Shown in pieces: positions 17,394-25,700 of a stretch of DNA of 33,415 bases. Under the pieces are notes generated by a model. The model saw nothing but the letters and a program-made list of their open reading frames with translations, did no database searches and was not told where the DNA came from. The number at the start of each line of letters is the position of its first letter. Positions within the stretch are counted from its first letter, which is position 1. Both the position numbers and the translations under genes were made by a program. The stretch is from IMG/VR virus record IMGVR_UViG_3300023197_000203, positions 1 to 33,415 of that record, one strand, 5' to 3'. Source of the DNA: a virus. Lineage: Duplodnaviria; Caudoviricetes.

Positions 17394-18278
17394 ATGGCGG
17401 ATGATGCTGTTGTAGGAGTTGATCTGAAGACGGAATTGAACGACTCCCTCATCGCACTTCACACCTCTTCGAGCCTGAACATCAGCCCGGAGCTGCAGGA
17501 GATTATTGTCAAGGCCGATGCCGAGGGCAACCCCACCGACTGGGCGCGGCGAATTTCTGGCGTCGCGGAATGGAGCACGGATCACTCCGGCCCCATCACC
17601 GAGCAGAGCGGCGAGCAGGCCAAGGTGTCGGACCCGAACATGAGCTTCAAGATGGAGCTCGACACGACGGACGACAGCACGGACAACCCGTCTCTTGTCG
17701 AGATCCCGCTGCTCGACAGCGTGGATTTCAACCTCGAACAGGAGATCGCGACCACCGGCGGCCTGGACAAGGAACTGTGGCGCTTCATCCGGCCGGACAC
17801 ACGGGACTACACGCTTGACTTGAGCGGCACCTACGTCGAGCCGAGCGCCACGGGAGTTCCGTACGACGAGCTGCTCGACAAGCTGCTGGCCCGCAGCACC
17901 GACAACGTGCCGTTCGAGCTCAATGTGCTCGGAGTGACCCTCTCGGGCGAGGTCGAAATTGGAGAGTCCACGATCGAAGCGGAGACTGGCGGCGAGGACA
18001 CCACCATCGACATGTCGCTCGCTGCGAACGCGGACCTCACGAAGAGTGGCTCCTTCGAGTCGAGCATCGAGGCAGCGTTCAACGCCTTCATGAATAAGAA
18101 CTCGGTCGACGTGGACATGCTCCACTACGATGGGTCCAGCCCCGAGAGCGGGACGGTCAAACTCACTGGAAGCGGCTTCTACTCGGAGCTCAACATCTCG
18201 ATGAGCCGCGGGGAGCCAATCACCGTCGACGGCACCGTTGAAGGCGATGGCCCGCTCAGCAAGGGCACCGTGGCGTAG
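17394..18278 (+). CDS. major tail tube protein with internal domain duplication
   Basis: Siphovirus tube patterns (SSLNIS.E...W...ISG..EWS...SG and G..G....L.IS......TV.G.G.L) each appear twice. Confidence 0.8.
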   Translation: MADDAVVGVDLKTELNDSLIALHTSSSLNISPELQEIIVKADAEGNPTDWARRISGVAEWSTDHSGPITEQSGEQAKVSDPNMSFKMELDTTDDSTDNPSLVEIPLLDSVDFNLEQEIATTGGLDKELWRFIRPDTRDYTLDLSGTYVEPSATGVPYDELLDKLLARSTDNVPFELNVLGVTLSGEVEIGESTIEAETGGEDTTIDMSLAANADLTKSGSFESSIEAAFNAFMNKNSVDVDMLHYDGSSPESGTVKLTGSGFYSELNISMSRGEPITVDGTVEGDGPLSKGTVA

Positions 18279-18301
18279 TAGCTGAACGCTTCTGACTTTG
18301 C

Positions 18302-18334
18302 GGAGCCTCGGGCTGAGATATGCCCGGGGCTTCC
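18302..18334 (+). terminator. hairpin after the tail tube gene
   Basis: ggagcctcgggc-tgagatat-gcccggggcttcc. Confidence 0.45.
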
Positions 18335-18373
18335 ACCTATTCACTTCTGCTCCGCAAGACTACATCTCTACCT

Positions 18374-18844
18374 ATGTCTGATTTTGATAACAGCTTCCTC
18401 GCCGAAGAGGACCATGCGGCCGTCCACGAGGACGCGATCGTCTTTGAGATCAAGGGCCAGCACATCGGCTGGCGCGCCTCGGGGCTTGCCCTGAAGCGTG
18501 CGGCCGACCAGGGGCACGACATCGGCGAAATCCTCGCCGACCTCCAGGTGCTCTTCTCGGCCGACGTGGACAAGGAAAAGCTCGAAGACATGTCCGAGGA
18601 AGAGATCGAGGAGGAGCTCGAGACCGACGTCGGAATGGCCGACTTTTACAGTGTCGTCGCGAAAACGATGTGGATCGGCGTGCTCCATTTTGAGCCGAAC
18701 GCCAAACAGGAAAACGTCCTCGGTTTGCTGGACGCCGAGTCCATCGAAGACGTCCCCGTCGAGCGCATGCTGAGCAAGATCTTCCCCGCCCTTACCGATG
18801 AGGCAGATTCGGGAAAGGGAAAGGGCGAAAGCTCCGGAAGCTGA
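18374..18844 (+). CDS. tail assembly chaperone (gpG-like)
   Basis: Between tube and TMP; ends just after the slippery sequence GGGAAAG. Confidence 0.8.
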   Translation: MSDFDNSFLAEEDHAAVHEDAIVFEIKGQHIGWRASGLALKRAADQGHDIGEILADLQVLFSADVDKEKLEDMSEEEIEEELETDVGMADFYSVVAKTMWIGVLHFEPNAKQENVLGLLDAESIEDVPVERMLSKIFPALTDEADSGKGKGESSGS

Positions 18845-19164
18845 CCACGGATGACTTCTTCCTCCATCTCTACGAGGCCGGGTGCTCCCGGGGCGAGGTC
18901 CTGCGGTCACAGATCAGTCACCTCCTGATGCGCCACCGCGCCTACGAGAATAGGAAGCGCAGGGAAGAGGTGCATCTCATCGGCATCCGCAACGAGATCA
19001 GAGGGGCAATGGGCGGAGATCCCATCGAGGATCCCTACTCCCCCACCGTGGCCGAGCAAGACACCTCCAAAAGCGAGCAAGCCCGGCGGACAGCCCTCAA
19101 ACACGTCGACTTCTCCGACACCGAGGAACTGGCCCCCGACGAGGCGGCTGATCTAACCCAATAG
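18811..19164 (+). CDS. -1 frameshift extension of the tail chaperone (gpT-like part of gpGT)
   Basis: G GGA AAG in frame at 18811-18817 and again at 18817-18823; the -1 frame is open from there to the stop at 19164. Confidence 0.8.
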   Translation, partial: GKGKGRKLRKLTTDDFFLHLYEAGCSRGEVLRSQISHLLMRHRAYENRKRREEVHLIGIRNEIRGAMGGDPIEDPYSPTVAEQDTSKSEQARRTALKHVDFSDTEELAPDEAADLTQ

Positions 19165-19173
19165 GATTCACTG

Positions 19174-22100
19174 ATGCCAGAACTGGAGTACGAATTTACG
19201 AGATCGGGACTGGAGGATCTCCGCGATAAGATGGAAGCCCTCGCGGAGGACACCGAAGACGTGGGCGACCGTGCCAAAGACCTCTCCGACGATCTCGAAG
19301 ACGTGACCGACGATGGGGCCGGTGCGGCCGAGCGGCTCGAGCAGTCGGTCAATGACGTCCAGGATGCGCTTCAGGCCTTGTCGGATCAGGCGTCAGACAC
19401 GGGTGCTTCGCTGGAACGGAGCCTCGACCCCGACCCGATCAACCAGCTGGACAGTGCAGTTGTTGGCCTGGAAAGTGAGTTCCAATCCCTCTCCTCGTCG
19501 GCCCAGATCGACACGTCTCCCTTTTTCGATCTGGAGCAACGAGCCGACGCGATCCGGTCTGCGCTGGAGGACCTTTCCAGCACGGACGTGTCCCTGGAGC
19601 AAATCGACACCGGTCCCCTCGAAGACGTAAGCGTCCTCGCCGAAGACGCGGCCGCAGACCTCGAAGACCTCGACGACACGGATCTCTCCAGCCTACCCGA
19701 CGGGATGGACAGGGCCGAGGAGTCAATTGTGGACGTCGGCGGAGCGGCCCAAGACGCCGCAGAAGACATCCAGAGGCAGTTTGCCGACGCCTCAGGTCAA
19801 GCCCTAGAGGATCTTACCGGCATCCAGGAGCGGCTGGAGGGCTTGGAGGATTTCGATCTTGATGTGGGCGGTGGGGACATCACCGCGGACATTACCTCCC
19901 AACTGGAAAACTTGGACGTGGGAGGGTCGGGTCTGACCGGCCTCGCCCTCACCATCAACGCCATCCAGGGCCTCTCCACAGGCCTGAATCTCAGCAGCCT
20001 CGAAGAGGATCTGGAAGCCGAGAAGGCCAAAGACGAGGTGGAGGACCTTGCCGACGAGGTCCGTGAGCTGCGGGGACGGATCGACGATATGGCCTTCGAC
20101 CGCGCGGTGGATTCCGACGCCATCCAGAACGTGGAGGATCAGCTCGAAGACGTGAAGTCCGACCTGGAAGACGCGGTCCGGTTGGCGCTTCAGCTCGACG
20201 ACTCGCTCACTTTGCCCGACCTGCCAGTCGATGATATCGAGCTCGATATGACGAGCCTCATCGACCAACCCGGCCCCCGCGAACGCGGAGGCGGAACCGA
20301 AGAGATCGAAGAAGACGCCGAGGACGCGGAGGAAGACGTAAGCCGCCTCCAGGCCGCGTTGAACCGGCTCGGAGAGAGGGCTGGCATCGACCGGATCGGC
20401 GACCAGATCCGTCGGATCGGCCGCGAGTCCGGCGACGCGGAGGAAGATGTCAACGACCTCCAAGAAGACCTGAACGACCTCGGGGAGGCAGCGGGCCTCG
20501 GCTCGATCGGTGACCAGCTCTCGGATCTCGGCGACGACGGCATTGGCAGCGGAGCCGGGTTCTTGCTTGGGCGCTTGGGCTCGGCCGCCTCCTCGGCTGG
20601 ATCGATCCTCACAAGTTTCGTCGCCACAGCGGGAGGAGCCGTCACCGCGATCGGCGCGGTCGGCGGCGCGGCCGCCGCGGCCACCAAGCAGATGGCGGAT
20701 TTTGCGGCTGCCCAGGCGGAAGCGGGGCAGCAGCTGGAAGTTGCAGAAAGTCAATCCGGCGTCGCCGCGGAGGAGGTGCAGCAGCTGTTCTTGGTCGCGG
20801 AGCGTCTTGACAGTACGGTTGACCTCGATGCCATTCGGGACGCGTTCAAAGAGCTTGCCCTCCGCACCGAAGAGGCTCGTGAGGGGACGGGGGAAGCCAA
20901 GGAAGCCTTTGAGCGCCTTGGCATTTCCATGGAGGAGCTGGAGGGGATGAGCACGGCCGAAGTCTTCCGCAGGGTGCGCCAGGAAGCCTCGGAGCTAACG
21001 GCTCAGCAGCGCGCCCTGACGCTTGAGCAGATCGCTGGTGGGGAGGCTGGCGAACGGCTTGCACGTGTCTTCGGCCTCACGGCCGACGAGTTCCAGCGCC
21101 TCAAAGAGGCTACGGCGGATGATACCCTCACCTCCGACCAGATCGACCAGCTGGACAAGATGCGGCAGCAGTACACAGATGCCCAGCAGGACCTGGAGGA
21201 ACTCAAGCAAGAGATCGCGCTGGAGTTCGGCCCGGCCGCGGTCGGCATCTTCAAAGCCGTCACGCAGGCAATCCAGGACACCGTCGATGCGCTCGGCGAG
21301 CTAAGGAGCGAGGATCCGGTCGAGACACAAAACCGGGCTCCATCTTCCGGCGGCGGGGAAATCGAAGACGAGCCGGAGATCCAGGAGCCGAACTTCGGGC
21401 CCCAACAACGCGTCGAGTTTGGCGATATCGGCGACGGCGAGGTGGCCGAGCCGGTGCAGCGGATGAACGAGGCGCTGTCCCGGATGGAAACCCACGTCGC
21501 AGTGGCCCGCGAGAAAATGAGCCGCGGCCTCATCGACGAGGAGGAGATGGTCCGCCGCATCCAAAGCGCCCGCCAAACGGCGGCTGATGAACTGCTCAAA
21601 CTCGAGGAGCAGTCGCCGGACCTCATCCCGGACTCGAAGGTCAACGAGACGATTGCCAAGCTCAAACGCATCCAGGAGCGGCTCCAGCAGCTCACTGGCG
21701 GGGAGGTCTCCTTCGACATCGATCCGGAGCAAATCACGCTGGCCAGCCGGGAGCAACTCTCAACTCCCTCGATCCCCTCCTCCCTTCCCATCGAATCGAT
21801 GGGCGGCGGCCTTTCCGCTCTTCAGGGAGCCGCAAATGCAGCAGACTCCGTTGGGGACATCAACAGCCTTATTGAGGCGGCGCGGAGCCAATTCGACCTC
21901 CTCAACAACGACGAGGCGCAAAGTTTCGTCGCCAAGTTGCAGAAGGCGAAAGAGGAGATGAAGGAAAACCAACGCGAAGCCGCCGCCATTGGCCAGGCGC
22001 TCGAGCGAAGCGTGGCCCGGTCCGCCGACAGGCTCTTCCAAAGCATTGGACAATCGCTGAGCGGGGCACTCTTCGGCTCCGGTGGTGGTCCTGGAGAGGC

Positions 22101-22710
22101 CCAGTCGCGGCTGGATCTTTTCAACGCCCGGCAGCAAATGCGAACGCTCCGACAATCTCTGCGGCAGGGGCAGATCAGCTACCGGGAGTTTCAGCTCCGG
22201 ATTCGAGTCCAACAGCGCCGCATCCAGCAGCGCCAGGAGCAGCTCAACGAAGCGATGGACTCGGGCTTCGTTGACGCAGCCGAATCGATGCTTGACGCGT
22301 TCAAGAGAATTGCCCAGCAGCTGATCGCCGAGATCCTCGGGGTGATCGCCAAGATGGCCGTGCTGAAGGCCCTGACGTCCGCCTTTGGCATCAGCAGCGG
22401 CGGCTTCCTGGGTGGGGTGATTTCCAACTTGGGTGGAGGCGCCTTCCTCGATAGCGCCGCGGAAGGAGGCACCGTCGCGCAGTCCGGCCTCGCGGTGATC
22501 CATGAGGGCGAGGAGATCGTCCCCTCCCAGACGGTGGACACGCTCAAAGGCCTCGTCGATCCCGCTACACCGCCGGCCCAGCCGGCCGCCGCGGCCGCAG
22601 GCATGGACATTACCGTGCAGGTCCAGGGGGAGACCACCACGGACGGACGGGACATCAAGACCACCTACGACACCGAGACGCAAATCCAAAGACGTAAGGG
22701 TCGAGCTTAG
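19174..22710 (+). CDS. tail tape measure protein
   Basis: 1178-aa helical Ala/Asp/Glu-rich protein after the chaperone; AFERLGISMEEL and C-terminal AEGG.V..SGLAVIHEGEEIVP are TMP-type motifs. Confidence 0.9.
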   Translation: MPELEYEFTRSGLEDLRDKMEALAEDTEDVGDRAKDLSDDLEDVTDDGAGAAERLEQSVNDVQDALQALSDQASDTGASLERSLDPDPINQLDSAVVGLESEFQSLSSSAQIDTSPFFDLEQRADAIRSALEDLSSTDVSLEQIDTGPLEDVSVLAEDAAADLEDLDDTDLSSLPDGMDRAEESIVDVGGAAQDAAEDIQRQFADASGQALEDLTGIQERLEGLEDFDLDVGGGDITADITSQLENLDVGGSGLTGLALTINAIQGLSTGLNLSSLEEDLEAEKAKDEVEDLADEVRELRGRIDDMAFDRAVDSDAIQNVEDQLEDVKSDLEDAVRLALQLDDSLTLPDLPVDDIELDMTSLIDQPGPRERGGGTEEIEEDAEDAEEDVSRLQAALNRLGERAGIDRIGDQIRRIGRESGDAEEDVNDLQEDLNDLGEAAGLGSIGDQLSDLGDDGIGSGAGFLLGRLGSAASSAGSILTSFVATAGGAVTAIGAVGGAAAAATKQMADFAAAQAEAGQQLEVAESQSGVAAEEVQQLFLVAERLDSTVDLDAIRDAFKELALRTEEAREGTGEAKEAFERLGISMEELEGMSTAEVFRRVRQEASELTAQQRALTLEQIAGGEAGERLARVFGLTADEFQRLKEATADDTLTSDQIDQLDKMRQQYTDAQQDLEELKQEIALEFGPAAVGIFKAVTQAIQDTVDALGELRSEDPVETQNRAPSSGGGEIEDEPEIQEPNFGPQQRVEFGDIGDGEVAEPVQRMNEALSRMETHVAVAREKMSRGLIDEEEMVRRIQSARQTAADELLKLEEQSPDLIPDSKVNETIAKLKRIQERLQQLTGGEVSFDIDPEQITLASREQLSTPSIPSSLPIESMGGGLSALQGAANAADSVGDINSLIEAARSQFDLLNNDEAQSFVAKLQKAKEEMKENQREAAAIGQALERSVARSADRLFQSIGQSLSGALFGSGGGPGEAQSRLDLFNARQQMRTLRQSLRQGQISYREFQLRIRVQQRRIQQRQEQLNEAMDSGFVDAAESMLDAFKRIAQQLIAEILGVIAKMAVLKALTSAFGISSGGFLGGVISNLGGGAFLDSAAEGGTVAQSGLAVIHEGEEIVPSQTVDTLKGLVDPATPPAQPAAAAAGMDITVQVQGETTTDGRDIKTTYDTETQIQRRKGRA

Positions 22711-25700
22711 ATGGCTTCCTACGGAACGAAATACCGGTACCAGTACGTCGAGGCGAACGGCCTCACGGTGGAGGTCCAACTCCAGCAGCAGGGCTACTCC
22801 GGCTCCGTGACGGACCTCTCTGCATCGGAGCAGGGCTTTGAGGTGACGTGGGGCCAGCAGGGCCAGCAGGACCTCACGCGGCCGCTCAAGGTCAGCACGG
22901 CCCGCCTCTGGTTTGAAGGGGACGCCAATGGGGAAGCCGTGAAAGAGGTATTCGATAGTGGGGATTTTGAGTGGCGGGTCCGGTATCTCGTTTCCGGTAG
23001 CCTGGAGTGGGAAGGGTTCCTGGCCACGGAATTGTGGCGATCCAACCCCAACTCAAACGCGGATACGATCGAACTGGAGGCGATCGATGGGCTCACGCTT
23101 TTAGAAAACAGGCAGGCCTACGACTTCGAGCTGCCGGTCTCCTCCATCCTGGACAACGTGCTGCGCGGATGGACCCCCGGCCAAGACGACTCGGCCCCTT
23201 TCCATGACCTCCCCATCGTCACCTCGCAAGACTGGCGGCCGGACGGGCTCTCGCTTCCGAATATCGGCCCGGATCAGCCGTTCGACGAGCTCATCATTCC
23301 GGACAAGTCCTACAAGGAGCTCGACGACAAAGGAGAGGTGGAGGGTACCCTCGACCAACGGACGCAGCTGGAGGACATCCTGGAGCGTTTTGGACTTCAG
23401 CTCTTCCTCGCCCGCGGCAAATGGTGGATCCGGCAACGGGATCAAATCGAGGACGGATCGTCCCTGAAGTCGTGGGAAATGCCCACGTCCTCCTCCGACT
23501 TCAACGACTCCAGTACGAGGGACGTCACGGCCGATCTGCCGCACCAACTTCGCCGCACCGAGAAGCCGAAGCGGCGCGTCCAGCGGCTCCGATCACTGGA
23601 AAGCGTGCAGACCTACGACGACCTCGGGGAGCTGGTGCTGAACGGCTCCTTCGAGGAGGGCCCCGACAACCTGGAGGACTGGACGACATCGGATTTGGTC
23701 CGGGACGACGGGACCACGAACGGCGAGGTGATGAAGTTCAGCAATACCGGCATCACCGGCGTCACGGAAACCCAGTCCGACTCTCATCTTTTGGCGCTCC
23801 GGAATCCGGAGGACGACAGCCCCCACCCCACGGTGTATCAGCGGCTCGCGCCGGTCCAAAATGCGGGGCCCAATGCAGCGTATGAGCTCGCCTTCGACGT
23901 CGCAATCGATGGCTCGTCCTTCCTCCCTAGCATCCAAATCCGCGTGGAAGGAAGCAGCTCAACGTGGTACCTCAAAGATGACCGCACCGCGACTCGGCAG
24001 AAGATCAAGCCGGCCCAGCAGGGCACCGTACCCGTTCAGCAGTTGCCGGGCACGAGCGGCACTGTCGTCATCCCCGCCGGCGCGGAGCTGCCGGTGTACA
24101 AAAAGCTAAGCAACGCCCCGGAGAAGATCGGCTCGATTACGCTGGAAGAACCGGCCTTCGCGGGAGACACCAGCCTTACCGCCGACGTCTCGACGGAGCT
24201 GCCGCAGGGAGCACTGGTGACGTGGTGGTTTTGGACGACGACAGAATACACGCTCGGCGGCCACCGCTCCCTTCCGACGGATCCGGGCCTGGATTCCGCG
24301 CGGATGATCCCGCAGCTCCTCACGGCGCCCCAGCACACCACGACAGGAGACATCGTCGATGGGGAGCTCGTCTTTGAGGTGTCTCTGCGCGAGGGCGAGG
24401 GCGACTCCGCGTATGACCACTTCTCCGCGCAGCTCGTCAAGGACGGAGACCCGATTGAGGAGACCTCCCACATCGCCCTCGACGACCAGTTCGGCCGCAA
24501 CCTGCGACTTGAGCATAGAATCGGCGACGGCCCCACCGACGGCCATCCCAGGGGCATCTTCGGCTCGGGGGGAACGGCCGTGTTCGGCAACTGGGGTACG
24601 GGCCCGAATCCCGGCCAAACCGGCAAGGGCATCGAGCAATTGCTCGCGGAGCAGTGGATGCGCCAGCAGAGAGAAACGCTCGATCGGCGAACCTTCCAGT
24701 TCGAGGAGCGGGGCGCCCAGATTGGCCCGCAGTACGTCTACAGCCTGGATGGCACGCCGTACACGCCCACCTTCCTCCGCTACGCCACGAGTTCGTCCGG
24801 AAACAGCGGCACCATCGAGATCACCGAGCTCAAGGACGCAGGCATAAGCGGCCTGGAGCAGGCCTTCTCGATGGACAACCAAAGCGCGGGCGGCGCCGGC
24901 GGTAGTGGTGGAACGATCATCAATACCGGAGACGGCGGCGGAGGTGGAGTCAGCTCCTGGGGCGAGCTGTCGGGGAAGCCCAGCGGCCTTTTCTCGGTGA
25001 ACGGAGACAATGATGGGATCCCGGAGACGCAGACGCTGGGCAAGGCCGAGATCGCCGACTCGCTGGGCCACAGCCCGGGCCTCGCCGACGGGATTCAGAC
25101 CTTCATCCGAGACGCCTCCACCAACACGGCGCTCGTCACCGAATTGGGGATCAAGAGCTACGTTGACGACAACGTAAGCTCGGTGGCTCTTGACCTCGGC
25201 GACGACGACACCATCGAGATCGAGTCAATCGCGCAGATCTCCGTCCGGGATGATACCTTCTCGGTCTTCTCGGTAGGCAGCACAACCGGCGAGCTTCTTA
25301 TCGACGTCAACAAGAGGTGGCCCGTTGCCGACACGGTCGACGGGTACGAGGGCGACGAGCTCGCAGTGCTTTCCGAAGACGAGACGATTACTGGCCAGTG
25401 GCTCCACGACACCCGCACGGACTTCTCCGCCGAGGTGCGCCACCCGGACTGGAGTTCGGGGCTGAGCCACTGGGGCATCGAGTCGGACGGGACCGCCGAC
25501 TTCCGTCTCCTCCAGGTCGATGAGCTCCGGGCAGAGGCGTTTACGGCCGACGTGACGCAGTCCCTGGCCGGATCCGATGTGCTCACCAAGAGCGCGGCGG
25601 ACCTCGCGAGTAACTTCACGGTGCCGAACGCGAACGACGGATTCGTCACCAACGCTCTGCACATCGAAAACGTCGGGGAGGTCGGCGCCCAGGCGGCATT

